Part shown: positions 36,901 through 52,444 of the stretch, in pieces
Numbering within the stretch: the stretch's first letter is position 1
How the letters are laid out: every line of letters begins with the position of its first letter
Source of the DNA: Chrysomallon squamiferum
Taxonomy: Eukaryota > Animalia > Mollusca
Assembly: GCA_012295275.1 (NCBI GenBank)
Contig: CM022670.1
Coordinates: forward strand, 36,022,001-36,086,000
DNA: 64,000 nt
Reading direction: 5' to 3'
Position numbers and translations under genes: made by a program
The notes under the pieces: model-generated
Told to the model about the DNA's origin: nothing
Seen by the model: only the letters and a program-made list of their open reading frames with translations
Databases searched by the model: none

Positions 36901-39900
36901 CCCCACAGAGCAACACACAGGTTCCACACCATTCGGATGTGATCAACACAACCCTGGTCAGCATGGCCACCTGAAATAATACAGATAACACAAAAACTTA
37001 ACAATCAGATCCACTCGCAAAACGCTGAATTAATACAGTTTATGATTTAAATCTGTTAGCCAAACCCTAAAAAACATACACATTCTAAAATATAGTAACT
37101 GTCATTCAAGAAAAAAAAAAATTTTTTATAATTTTATTTCATTATTTCACTTTAATTTAATTTGTCCGTTTATCATTTTTCTTTCTTGATCTATGCTTTA
37201 CATACATGTGCATATAAAAAGTTGTGTTGCCAATTAAAATGGAAACAGTAATGTGGGCAAAATCACCAAAAACAAAACTATTATATAATATAAACAGATA
37301 GATAGACAGACAGATGGAAAGACAGACAGACAGACAGATAGACAGATGCACATATACAATGTATACATTTAACAGCTGCATCATTCTACTCTATCTGTTT
37401 AGTTGTTCCGTATTAAAATAATAGAGATAACATCTACTGGTAAAGTGAAACAGTTTAAAGAATTAAAACAGATTCTTACGTAATTTGTTCACTGCTTTTT
37501 CTCCATGTTCTGCATATTCATGCAAGGCTTTGACACCAATTTTTGGTGTAAATACGGGACAGTCACCTTCATTAGACATCAGTGAATTTTCTAACTGGAT
37601 TTCCAGCATTTCTTCTTGATGTTCCTGAAAATGTACAAAAAGAAATATAATTATCACAACACAGATAGTACTGTAATTATTTACTGAAAAGATAAAAGAA
37701 ACTGTGGTGTTTTTTTTGTTGTTTTTAGTTATTATTTTTTAATTACATTATTAAATCCTGATTAATTCTATATTATTCTATCCATAAACATAATCAGGGA
37801 TATGATGTATTTATATATGTCATCTTAAACAGATAAATTTAAATGCTATATGGAAAAAGTATCCAGACATATGAATATTGAGGGTTAAGCTTTTCTGCTG
37901 GCTGTTTGTAGGATGAAATAAAGTAAAATATCGATCTGGTGCTACCAAATCATCTACTGTTTTGTAATCCTTGAGAAGTGTTAATTATTGTTTCTTTTTT
38001 TCTATGATTATTTTTTAACAAATGAAGTTAACATGTCCTACCACCACAGCTGTGTCATTTCCTAACATGTATTCAGCTACATTTAGTTTCTCCAGTGAAA
38101 CTGTCCATGACTTGCCTGCTGGTCTTATCTGTGTTGTACCTTGCACACAGGGCAACAAGCTAAATGTAGCAGGCTGAATTTGTTCTGAAGCATTAATGAG
38201 AAAAAGGTAACTATTACTGTATCCATTCTTTAATTATTATTTGAGAACCAATAAGGAGGATACAACTATTAAACTATAATTATAATAATTATTTTTATTT
38301 TTATTATTGTTATTGTTTCTTTTCTACTATATTTCTTATTATAATCCCTTTTTCCTAACCTTATTTTAATATCACTTTATTATTTATTTTCAGATTTTTG
38401 AACAATTAAATCTGTTTCAAAAATTTACAAAAAAAATACTATCTTAACGGTTTTTTCGTTAATTATAGTTAAATATTATTTCACACTGTTAATCATTACC
38501 CTGTACTTGAGATGCCAGGGCAACCCCACTGTGTACAAGAGTCCATGCTGGTCCCCACCCGACTCGAAACGATCGTCCCATGAAACAGCCTGCATCTGTA
38601 GCCAGCTTCTGTTTGTTGTACATCAGAGAATCGGTAACTGGGGGAATATCACGCTTGATTCTCGACCCCACTAGTTTTTTAGTCATGTCTCCTTGGCCCA
38701 TGCCACTGGTCATCAGCACGTGCTCAGCCTGAGGCAAGTGGACGAGACTCTGCACTGGACGTCGAGCTTCTGGAACAACTATCTTCTGGGCAAATATTCC
38801 TAGAATCAATAAGTGGTTTGTCAGAAATTCGAAACTGGGATAAAAGAGAAGTTTGGAAGACAGAAATAAAAATCACTATATGCCCGTAACAAATTAAAAA
38901 ATTTATTATCTATATATTTCATTTTCTGTTTGTTCACTAGACTTTTATCCCCATAATTTAATAAGTCATATAAATTTTAACTTATACAGTTTAATGACTA
39001 ATGTAACATGAGGTGAATTTATTGTTAAAAACTGAAGCTAAATAAAACATTAAATACTGGAATGGATATCTTTTTCTTCTACAAAAATATTCATGCAACA
39101 GCAAAGAAAGAAAATTATGCTTTAGAATCATTTAATTTAGTTGAAAAAAAAGAAGGCATTTGTAATATTACTTTATTAAGAAACAATTATAATTAATAAA
39201 ATTCAATTAAAAATTTAATGATTCCATCTAATGCCTCTTTAGGTAATAAATAACACACCCATTTCGTTTGAATCTGAATTGTTTTATTGGTTTAATTTAA
39301 AAAAAAAATTTCTTACTGTACTTGAAATGTATTTCTTATCTTTTCTTAGAGAAAACAATGTGTATGAGAGATCAGAATTAACATGAAAAATCTGGTTTGC
39401 TAACCTGGTTTCTCTAGCTGCATTTCACGAGACACCGGTGACTGAGAAAGTTTTAATGGAGACATTTGTTTTGATTTCAAAGCTGGACTAAACAAACTTG
39501 GCACAGATTTTTCTTTCAGAAGACTGCCAGCGAATGAGGTAAATTTTCCTTAAAAAAATATTTAAAAAATAATAATAAAATTAATACATAACCAATACAA
39601 AATTAACTTTTTAGAAATTGTTTTTATTTAACAAATAAACTAAAGCTGTCACACATCTCGTTATTACTGTCCAACTGAAAAATATAACTTAATTAAAAAA
39701 AAAATAAACATCTTTAGATATATTTTAATTTCTCTTAAGCAGTTTTCTTCACAAAATAAAACTACTCTGAAAATGTATACAATGAAATTTATCAGTAATT
39801 TTTGTGATATATAATTTGCATTCATCTTTACTTCATTTAACTGTGATCTTTGAAGTACCTACACCACAACAAAACATATTCAAAGAAATGTACAAAAGAC

Positions 39901-42573
39901 ACACACACGCACGCATGCACACACACACATACACAAATACAAAGATTGTTTGTTAGCAAAGCAAGTACCTTTATAATCATCCTCAAATTCATCTTCTCCA
40001 AAAAAGGAAGCCTTCATCACCTGCATGCTGTGTGCACTGACACCCATACTTTTAGCAAGTCTGTGTGATGAGGCAAGGAGCTTTTCAGTATCTTCTTCTT
40101 CAAGCTGATCTGCAATATCATTAAACCATTTTAGGAAAAAAAAAAAAAAAACTCTTGATAATCCACTCAGTACATAATAAGTGCAAACCAAGAATAATCA
40201 TTTAAAATACAAGTGCAGGTGGGATTTTTTTTTTTTTTTTTAATTTTAGTTCACAAATCTTGTTTCTTTTCAGTAAATACACAATTCTGTTAGTAAATAA
40301 TCTATACGAAAAAATTATCATTGTAAACAATAAGCTTGTTGGATATGTTTATAAACATGATAAAAACACATAAAGTTCTATCAGTGTTATATGAATCTTT
40401 ACCAGAATAATCAAGCATTTCTTTGGGGAACGTCTGCATTGCAATGTCAGGCATTTCTGCATCATCATCATCAAAGTCACCCATCTGATGGTATGACTTC
40501 ACACCAGTATCTTTTTCTACTGGGGCAAATCCTTTTGCTACTGCCATTTCCTGTTCTTTTTCCAGTTCACTCATATCTTTTGCATCTGGTAAATCACCTG
40601 CTGCTTGCTGTTCCTGTTGTTGTTCCAATTGCTGTTGCCTGAGCAAATTCTGTTGTTGTATTTTCAGTTTCTATAAATAAAAATTGTTTTTATGTTTATA
40701 TAAATAATGTTGTGAGAAACAGAAACATTTTATTGTAATATTACAGGAGAAAATATAAACTGAAAGATTTAATTTATTAAAATAATAAAAAATAAAAAGA
40801 TAAAAAAGATAAAAAATTCACTTAAAAATAAACATGAAATAACAGCAGAGTGAATTGGATCTTAACAGTTACAGAATTTAGTTCCTGCTGATAATGCATT
40901 ACTATCACATATTGAAAAAATATCATCATATAAGATAGATCTATTGATTTTTAAGTTATGAATAAATATTGATGTATTTTCTATCACTCCCATAATTTTT
41001 TTTTTATTATTATTTTTTTTTTATACAGTAAACTAAAAAGTAATAAAAACAAACACCCTATTGAAGGCTTTATTTTTTAACATACAGCAACAAAGGACTA
41101 ATAAGTCATCAATAGAGAACTTTTATTTTTTTCTAAAATACACAAATTTTATTGGAAATTAATGTTTTTATCAGATGAACATTCAAATATTAAATTTAAG
41201 TTATCAATAAATATGAGAAAAAGGAAAAAAAAAACAATAAAAGAAAGATTTCTGCATATGAAATTTTAAATGTTTTTCTTTTTCATCCTTTTTAACTGAA
41301 TAATTTATTTCTTAAAAAATTGATGCAATTCCTTAAAAATAGCTATTTTAAATATTTAAATCAAGTGTAGTTTTCCTATCCTTATAAAAGTGATTGGATA
41401 ATCGAGTCTGTTTAATAGCTACCCAAAACAAAAACAAATGACAAAGCAGATTGTAATTATATTCCCAATGATTAATTTCTGTATTATATTAATATTTGAG
41501 TTTCCTTACATCAGAATGAAATGTGGTACTATTTTACAGCAAAATTAAGTATGTATAGTAACAACATGAAAACCATTAATCAAAGATAGCAGATATGATT
41601 ATTATTATTCGTATAATGGCTTGTTTATCTGTTTAAAGCTATTTATTTCTAAGCTAATGAATAAAATGACATACATTATCAGTGTGGAAATGAAAAACTG
41701 AAGAAGATTAAATTATTTTAATGTAAAGTAATCATCTGTAAGCAAAAAATATCTTATATGCAATTATCCATATACACTTTCTTAATGCTTTCCTTTTAAT
41801 TATATTTACTGTAAAGTTGATTCTGTTCTGAAAATAATGCTATTTGTAACTATTTCTTAAAATATCTTTGTAAAACATAAATATAAATAACAAAGTCTGC
41901 TTTAATTCAATTCACCTTTATTTCACAAAAAGTTTGTTACAATAATAAAGTAAATTAAAATAGAAACAACAAAAATTAGTGTAGAAAAAAAGTTCATTTC
42001 AAATGATTAAAGCTTACAAAACATGCAGATGATCTGAAATGAATACATATTATTCAGAGACCAGCTGATACTCTTAAAACTAATCTGATACAATGTTCTG
42101 CCACAGATTTAGATAAATATTTATAAGTATTTATAAATTTAAAAAAAATAATAATAATAATCTTTTATACTATAAAAATAGTATTAGTAAAATTTGATCA
42201 GCTGTATCCAGTTAAAACAACAAAAATCATTTATAGAAATTTAAGATCATTTCTTTTCACGTGTGCACACACAGAATACACTGATAAATAAGACCTAAAT
42301 AATGTTGGTTTATACTTGTAAGCTAAGAGTCTGTTAAAAGCAAAATAACAGCTAGACAAACTGTACATCTGATTAGAAGCATAATCAAAACATATTAAGA
42401 TAAATAAATTGAAAAACTAATGGGTGAATACAGGTTTTAAAATGTTTGTAAAGACATGGATGCATCAGCAAGTTCCCCCAACATATTGTAAAACAATGGC
42501 ATGGTTATTTATTTCTTCTTTTTTTAAAAAACATTTTAAATATTAAACTATGTACAGGTATTAGTTTCAGTGG

Positions 42574-42638
<65 letters not shown>

Positions 42639-45600
42639 CACCTATTATACACATTTATATCTGCAAACTCATATTTACATAAATGTCTAAAAAATGTACC
42701 ATCTGTTACAATAATTAAATTTCTGAAACATTTTAAAAACGTTAAAAAAACATTTAAAAATACATCATCAAAGTTGCTCTCACCGTAATTCCAAGTAATC
42801 ACAAATGTTGCAATCATTTTTATGAAGTCACTGAGGAAAGCATGGTCAATACTTTAACAAATCACACACATATAAAGAAATGTGTTGATACCAAACAAAA
42901 CAATTTATAAGAGTCTGGTAGCAGTTTAACACATCACATATCAGCACAAATAAATCCACTGATAATTAAATCAAGTCATAAATGGAATAAGCATATCTGA
43001 AACATCCACAAATGTTTTTTTAAATCAGATATCGTCAGAAACTGAATTTCTGTTTTAAAAACAGACAAATGAATCCTTGAACTTGTTTGCCGTGAATTTA
43101 TTCTGAGTCAACCATCAACGTGCCTGATGGCTCCCTCGTACTTTCAGGGCAACATTTTTGTTTGTTTGTCAGAGAATAGCACATAAACCGATTTCCACTT
43201 TAAAGTTAACACACTGAACACAACAGCTCAAGTGCAACTTTCAGCAGTGTTCATTAAGTGTCTGCTCAACATGGTTACTGACCTGAATCTTGAGCTGATG
43301 TTCTGCCGACAGTTTCAGACGTTTCTTTTCCTTTTCAGAAGGTTCTTCTTCATCGGAATCATCAACCAGACCATACTTGGAAAAGTGCTTCACCTGCAAA
43401 ATATTAAATAATCAATTAATGCGTGTTTTTGTTTGCTAAATGCTAAATCAAAATATCAGTACAAATAATAGTGTCTTTCTTCGTGAACGTAAAGTAAATG
43501 AGGTAATCATTTCTCCATCCATGAAAAAAGTGTGTTACTGATTTCAGTTTTAAAATGTCCACAATTACTCAAAATCTATAAATTTATCTAAATGTTATAT
43601 CCACATCAAAACAGGATTATAAGAGAGTGGATTAGTGTTCAAGAAAGAAAGACATTTTTTTTTAACAACATTTATGTTATTAAGTATTGTAATAACTGCA
43701 GAATGTTCCTTACCTCAAAGACCCATGATCCTGTTTCAGGTCTATAATCTATGAATTTCGCTCCAATCTTTGCTGTTATGTCTTCAATTTTTGACTGATA
43801 GTTAATTGCTCTCAGACGATTTGGATCCTGTAATATAACAAAATACTTTTAGCTTATAGTACAAAAATAATCATCATCTGAAATGAAAACGTAAGATGTC
43901 TAGGATATCAGTAAAAATTTAAGAAAAAGAACATAATTTCTAGAAAGTGCAGAAACTCATTCAGACATGAATAATAAGTTTAGAAAATGTTTCTCCATGC
44001 ATTTTGATGATACAATAAAAGTGGACTGAAAATACCTGTGAAAAGGATTTTGTTTCTTTAGGGAAACTTTAATCTAAAAAAAAATCTATTAAATGAAATT
44101 ATTTAAAACAAAAATGTGACTTTAAAATATTACCTTAATTGGTGACCTTGTTGTTTTATCCACGGGCCACACACAGTCTAAAGTAACTTCTGCTTTCTTA
44201 TTTAAACCTTCACCTATTGGTGGTTTGTTGTCATCATCAGGGTAAACTATCACTTCTTTTCTTCGAAAATGAACTGAAATAAATAGTAATCATGGAATCA
44301 ACGAAAGTATTTCATTACTGACAAACTTAGTGTTATTATAATTCAGAACAACTTTAAAAGACACGTGAGAAAAGCATTTCTTCATTTCTGTAATTTTTAT
44401 TTGTTAACGACTGAAGACTGTTCAAAATGAAAGAAGGGTCTCAAATGAACTGAATTTATATGAATTAAAATTTGATATCAAACTAAACAAAAAAAAAATA
44501 AAAAATAAAAAATTCTCTGATCTGTATTTTCATCCATTTTTTTTCTCTACTTATTTTTTAACAGAAAAATGCTTAAACATTACAACTGTCCTACCTATGT
44601 CATCAATATTGAGATCAACCACATTGGTTGTGCCAGGGAAGAACAGACTGCCATAGCCTTCTCGACCTATTGTAAAGTCGTCAACCAGGCAATCTCCGTT
44701 CTCATCCATCATTTCAGTGAGTTCATCCAGAGTCGGCACAGTGTAGTACTCTGCTCTAGTCAACACAATACCTGTTGGATGGGGAGGTGGTGGAACAATC
44801 TAGAGAAATAACAATAAAATCAAGTATGAGAAAAATAACAACATTTTAAATATACCTAACGTTAATTATTCAGACTTTATTCATTACGTATTGAACAAAT
44901 ACAAGGTTTTTAAAGTTTGAAAATACATATAAATACCAAATAGCTGCGATATCAGTGATTTGATTTAATTATTAAAACCCTTCTTTATTTAACCTAAATA
45001 AAAAACTATCCTTATATCATTTTAACTTTTTATTATTCGTTAAAATTAAACTTATTATTATAAGCTGAAGTGAAATATTAAAAGGTGAAAAAGAAAATGT
45101 TATTTAGTCCGAGGTAAACAACTTACCTTCTGAGGTTCTACTGATCTATCACAATCACTTTCCTCCTGAAAGGACTGATTTTTGTCTGGAGTCTGGTTCA
45201 ACAAATCTTTTTTCTTAGCATTCAGCAGAGCAATGGTGTCATCAAGATTGGTCCTACTGAAGATGTAACAATATATTCAGTAATATACATACAGAACGCA
45301 GAACAGTAGGTTTCTCATCTGTTTACAAAACTGTAAAACAATTAATTTATTCTCATTGTGCAAAATCCCAAACATTAAATGAAATTAACTAGTGTGCTAT
45401 GACAAATAAATAAATATATTTTTAAATATTTATAAGTTGTGAAGTTGTTGTTTCTGATCATGCCTTTTTACTAAGATACAAATGAAAACACAATGAAAAA
45501 AATATTAGACTATTTATTTGTTTGTACAATATGAATGTACTTTAAGAATCCATCTCAACAATTAAGGGCATTAATATATTACATAATGCTAGGCATATAT

Positions 45601-48600
45601 ATGGCAAGTTATTTCTCAATAGATGTGACAGTTTCATTTTCTTTCAGTATTTTAGGTAAAACCATTTTATACAGGTCTAAAATTAATAATCAAATTCATA
45701 AAGTATTTGTAAAGTAGTTCAAAGTTAATATCTAAATCAGCATAAGAAAGCTTACTCTTTCATTGGTGGAGAATCCATATTTGGTTCTGTCAGTGGTAAT
45801 GAGCGAACTACTGGTTCTGTTTCTGATAACTGATCTGTTCTATCCAGATCCAATGGCACAGGTCTGTCAAACATATACATACATACATATACAACAGTAA
45901 ACACAAAACATAAATATCAGAAGAAGAAATTACTGATTAAAATATCAGCAGGTCAGATATGTTTTAAACTTGTTTAAGCCATCTATCAGCATTTAATCTT
46001 AACTACTGTAATCACTTATAATTACATTAAGAGCTATATGTCAAAGCAACAGATACGTTTTCTTCTTTTTGAAGCTGTAACTGCTGAAGTAGAGTTGTTA
46101 ATATATCTTACTGATTAAATCTGTCAAAAAAACAACAAATACGAATAGAATTTACACTGTTTTAGTAAACATACCTTTTGATGGGCCGAGTGATTTTCGG
46201 TGTGTCTTGATCCATTGACGAAAGGTCAGTGCTTTCATCAATTATTGATGAACCATGACTCATATTGCTGTCTAAATGATTCTTCTTTAAGGACAGTTTC
46301 CTCACACTCTTCCTTGGTGTAAATGTATCGTGGCCAAAACTGAAGTCATCATCTTCCAGTCCTTCAAACAGCTGAGACTGAAATTCATGCAACAAAATCT
46401 GAGTAGTAAAAGCAGCTGCTGCAACACTTGGTTGACATACGATAGGCCATAGTATCAGTCTTCCTTCAGGTACACATTTGAACACTTCCAATGTCCCTTG
46501 TTTGCTTTATCAAATGTCATGATAGTACATGCTTTCCAACCAACAGGAATTGAATAGAAATTAATGTCGCTAATGGTAAGTCACATGGCCAAACAAAATT
46601 TTATTTTGTTTTCAAAATTAAAAATAAAAATTATACAGTATCTACATAGGAGAAATAATTAAAACATATTTCTGTTTGTCAAATATTTGCTTAATAGTGC
46701 TTAAATGTTAGCAAATAATTAAAGTAATAAGGATCTATGTTTTGTAATTGTTGTGGAAAATAAATACAACATTCATGCTAGAAGAGAAATTAAGACAATT
46801 TGATGTTTGAAAAAGAAAAAACAATTCAGAATATGTATATTTTCTCTCTCTCTCTCTATCTATCTATATATATATATTTTTTTTTTCAACCATACCTTGA
46901 TATTGTTTCTTAGAGAATGCAGAAATTTGGGTTTGATCTTTGCTGTTGGTCTTGGACTAACTTTGTACTGTGAGGATGATGTTAGGACAGCTTTCTGTGC
47001 TGCAGGGTTTGTAGGTTTCAACACCTCGTCTCTTTTAGCAGCATTCTGAAAAAAAATTAAACTGCTACTAATAATGTTTACAAATATAAAATCGATATTA
47101 CTCAGCATCTTTTCATTGATGTTTTTTTATTAAATATAACGAATGTAATATTCATACTTTTAAAAAACAAAACAAATAACAAACAATCTCCCAAATATTT
47201 AATATAATATAAGAAAAATCGTATCATCTCTAAAATAAAACTGCATTTTTTTTAAATTCTGATTAACTGGAATTTTTGACTGTTTTTTTTTTACCTTTAA
47301 TGCATGAAATATTGGAACTGTACATATATTTTTCTTTACTGACATTTTGAATACGATGTATTTTCATGATGAATGTACCTGTTTTAGGTTCCAGAAGAGA
47401 GGATTATCTCCGTATGGTGTGCTTGCAAGTGCCTGCAGTTGTTGTTGAAGCTGAGCATCATTAGCAGTTGTCAGTTGTGTGCTTCTGAAAACAAAACGAC
47501 CAGATCTTTAATACCACAAAGAATACTGAATATTATAGATCAGGAGGACAAAGGTTTGAGTGAGTAAAAAAATGTATTCAAAAATATTATAAAATTAACA
47601 GTATTATTTTTTGCTGTGTAAATTATATTACTGCTATGTATTAACTGACAAGAAATCTATATTACAATAAAATGCTACACAAAGGAGCGAATTACTCACA
47701 ATCCAAGCGAGGCAGGTGCTCCTAAATTAAATCCTGAAGTTCCAGCACCCAGACCACTGGCAAATGCTGAAATGAAATGTTAACTCCAAATTAATATTTA
47801 AAAAAAAAAAAAAAAACTTTATAACTCTTTCAACAGTAACTGTATCTAAGTTAACAAACATTTAATTTCACAAAATATCTTACAAACTATGTGCAGAATA
47901 TGATATTTAATTTCTTGATTTTTTTAATACTTTTTGGAGAAACACAGTCTTTTAAAAGCTTACCAGGAGCTGTTGATGTGGTGCCTCCAAAGCCAAAGCC
48001 TCCTGGTTTGCTTGCAGGGGCACCGAAAAGTCCAGTTCCTCCAGTGGTGAGGTTGTTACCAAAGTTAAAAGGTCCTGTGCCAGTAGACAGGCTTGTTGAT
48101 GTTGCTCCGAAACCTGTGGGTTTGCCTCCAAATAGTGAACCCGACTGAGCTGCTTAATTGAAAATATTAATTTAGGAAACACACTGAGGTTTTGTTTTCA
48201 GAGGTATCGAAAATATATTTATATGCAACTGGCATTTTTTTGTTTATTTATTTATTTATTTTGTTTTTTCCTGTTGTTTTGGATATGTTTTCTTTTTAAA
48301 TTTATTACTATTACAAAAATTATAATTTAATTTTCATAGATGCAACAGTATTAAATTGCTTGAAAATTATATATGGATTAGAATGTTTCCAACAATTTAT
48401 TAATCTTCATTGTTACATTATTATAATATCACAAAGTTATGATGAAGAATATCTTAATCATGAAATGTAATATATGACATAAATATTTTAACTAACCTCC
48501 AAAGGATGGAGTAGCACTTGCTGTTCCAAATCCAAAGGTTGATGCAGATGACATTGGTTTGGCAAACAAGTTACTGCCGGTACCAAAACCAAATCCAGTA

Positions 48601-51600
48601 GATGCTGTTGTAGTGGCTGTTCCAAAACCTGTAGGTTTACTTCCAAAAAGACCACCAGACTGAACAAAAATTAAATAAAAATATATATGAGAAAATTGTC
48701 TGAAAAGATGAACAACAAACAGACATTTTCATTTTTATTTCTTCTTTGATTTCTTTATTATTAACAAAATATTCGCTTAATATTGCATTAAATAATATCA
48801 GAAAAGCTGTTTCACTTCTGGGTGATCATTAAATGTGAAAAAGATCATATCAAAACAATATTTAATTTAGCTAAAAGGTGTACTTACAGTATTTTGGGTT
48901 CCAAACCCAGCGGTTCCAAATCCTCCTGACTGGCCAAATGTTGATGTGTTGGTACCAAACAAAGAAGGTTGTGTTGAAGCAGCTGGTGTGGTACCGAACA
49001 GTGAGGGCTTTAACAGAAAACAGATGAATATTTACCTGGGTTAAAGGCAACTGCACAACTTTGTATTAAAAATTCATTACTATGAAGAAAGGTAACTTTA
49101 TTTTATTATATCATTAGTAAATATATACATTTATTTTAATCTATCAATGGGGTTTGATTAAAGACTGTCAAAAAAAACAACAGTATTGAAAAAAATAAAA
49201 TAAGTAATTAAAGAAGTTTAAAATTCTGCACAACACTTCAACCAACAAAACAATATAGGTGAATAGACTAAAATGATAAACAATGGCAATTTCTTTTAAT
49301 TTTACCTTTGAAGTGCTTCTACATTTTAAAATTCAATGAAAAAATAAAATGTGAAACAGTAATATGGTTTGTTATATTTACTTTTGCTGCAGGAGTCTGT
49401 CCAAACAGAGAACTTGTCTGGCTTGTGCTGGCTCCAAATCCAAAGCCTGTTCCTGTACTGGTTGAGGTGTTGCCAAACAGAGGCTTGCTTGAACCAAATA
49501 GTCCACCTGTCTGCCCTGTCTGGGCAGGCTGACCAAACAGTCCACCTGTACTAGTAGAAGTATTTGTACCAAAAGCACCTGAAAAAGTGTAACAACTTAC
49601 GTCATTGCAGAACATTTTATACAAAACAGATTTATTCACATGTACATTGGAGAAATAATTTAAAAATATTTCTGTTTGGCAAATATTTGCTTAATATTGC
49701 ATTAAATAATATCAGAAAAGCTAATTCACTTCTGTGTGATCATTAAATATTCCAAATTAAGATTCAGAGGTCTGATGTTTCTCTAATTAAAAGACAATGT
49801 TTTAGAAATGATATTTATGAAATTATTATGGTTATCTGGAAAGAATCAGATACCTGTCAAACATTAAAGTCATGAAGTTAATGTAAAAAAAAAATCAATA
49901 AACAATACTGTAAAATTTATCTTCATTTAGGAATTAATTTTGTACCTGTACTCTGTGCTGGTTGGCCAAAAGTAAATCCTGTATTCTGACTTGCAGTTGA
50001 AGTGGTTCCAAACAGACCTCCTGCTGTTCCATCTTGTTTACCTTTTCTGTTGGATAAATAGTCTTCCACACGAAGTTCCTAATAACAAAATTACATTATC
50101 TAATTACATGTTTACTTAAAATAAGAATATAAAAAATCTGAAAAGAAGTTAAAGAGAAAAATACGTGAACAAATTTATTATCATATTTTTGTATGGAATA
50201 GTTACCTCTAAACTTTTGTTTTCATATTCTTTCATAGCAGTAATACACTGATGTCTTGTTTGTATGCTTGTTGAGCTGCCATTTTTCATCATTGTGTCTT
50301 GTCCAGGAGGGGGATTGAATTTGACTGTTGTTCCATTCTGTGTGGTAGCAGCTCCAAATACTAGGAACAAAATACATAAAAAATCATCCACAGAACCAAT
50401 GCAAAAAATTCAGTTGAAATAATGATATAAAAAATAAATAAATAAATAAAACCCTAATTAAATGTAAATAAGTTTATGTGTTATGAATTTTAATCTAGTC
50501 AATTCTAAACTGAACACAACTTACTAGCTGACTGAGTTTTTGATCTAAACAGATGTAAAGGACATCTGATTTAAAAAGTCTTAAAATAATCATCAAGTAA
50601 TTGGAATAATTAAAATGTTCACAAACAAGAATTTTTTGACAGGTATACCTGGTCTTGACTGGCCAAATACTGTAGACTGGGCTGGCGTCTGACTGAAAAG
50701 TCCACCAGAGGCTGTGGATGTTGCTATACCAAAACCTGCTAAAAAGGTCAAAGTAAATGAAGGTGAAGTAAGTTAATAAGCAATTATTACGTTTTTAACC
50801 ACGCATCATAACTTTCAGTTTTGTATTAAAATACATTTTATCTTATATAATAAATATCAACCATAAAAGAATTAAAAACAAAATGTATTTATTAATTTTA
50901 TACTAAATTTCACTTCTTCTTGAGTAGCATTAACAACTTGTTAAGTATCCAAAAAGTATTTTATGAATATTTATAAATCAAGACAATTCATTAAAAAAAA
51001 AAAAAAAAATGGTTTTAAAATATATCTATGTAAAGTTATTTTTTAAAAGTAGGCACTTTGTACAACAAGAAAAAAGATGTTCTGTGTTGAAACACTCACC
51101 TCCAAATCCAGCAGGTTTTGACCCAAAAGCAGAACTGGCAGGAGTTGAGAACAAACCTCCTGAAGGAGTCTGTGTTCCAAATAAACTTCCTCCTGCAGTA
51201 CTAGCTGGTGTACTTCCAAATGCTACAAAGATTTCATAATGATATTAATAAAATAACAAAGTAATAGTTCGATTACTTGTACTTCCAAATGATATAAAGA
51301 AATATTTCATCAACAATACAATAAAAGTAAAGCAACAGTTCTAACACTATTTTCAAATGCTGCAAATGTAAAAAATAAAGAAAACAAAAATAATAATAAT
51401 AATCAAATAAAATAATAACAGCATAGCCATTTGTATTTCCACAATAACACAAAAACGCTTTAAACATAAGAATAAAATACTGAGTGAACCATGAATTATT
51501 TCACAAGAATTTGTGTGAGTAATAATACTTTTCATTCCATATAGAACAAAAATCAAAACCATTATAATGATATTTACATGTTATAATCACAATTTATTCA

Positions 51601-52413
51601 TCTAAATTACAGGGGCTGGAAACAAAACAGTGTTAAACAACAGGATTAGTAAATTTAGTTCCATTTATTTACAGACCACAAGAAAATAATATTTTCTTTG
51701 GACCAATCTTACCAGTTATGGAGTATTTTTTGCTTCTTTATTTTTTATTTTTTATAAAGACAGCCATGCATGACAAATGTCAGAAATGTAATTTTTGATT
51801 AATGAAGTAATGAAATATAACAACCAAAGATCACATCAGTCTCTTTGATATACATATAATAATCAGTATCCATAATGTACGCTATAAACAATTTCCCTTA
51901 CTTAAGTTGGAAGATTGGCCAAATGTTGATGTGGTCTGTGTCTGACCAAACAATCCACCTGTACCTGTTGAGGAAGCGCCAAACAATCCACCTGTGGCTG
52001 GAGTCGAAGATCCAAATGCAGGAGTTGGCTTTGCACCAAATGTACTACTGCCTTTACACAGAAAAAGATAAATGTGTTTTGTTTAATGTAAATCAGTAGT
52101 GAATCTCAAAAACAATTTATTTTAGTGGTTTATAACTGACCTCGGTATTATCAAGAATGTAGATATATATTTTAGTACTCAGTTTTTGTGCATTATGTCC
52201 TGAAAGACAGTAGAAACATAACAGCAGTAGTTGTTTTATATCTTGATAAATTTTGTATTCCTTAGCTCATTATTTAATGTCATATATATCCTTCCACAGC
52301 CAAGAAAATGATTCAAACAAAGGCAAACTGAGTTAAAGACAATGACATTATTTAAAGTCTACCTTTATATGTACTGTACTTGCTTTCAAAGTTTGTAAGT
52401 GCCTTTATTCAAA

Positions 52414-52444
<31 letters not shown>

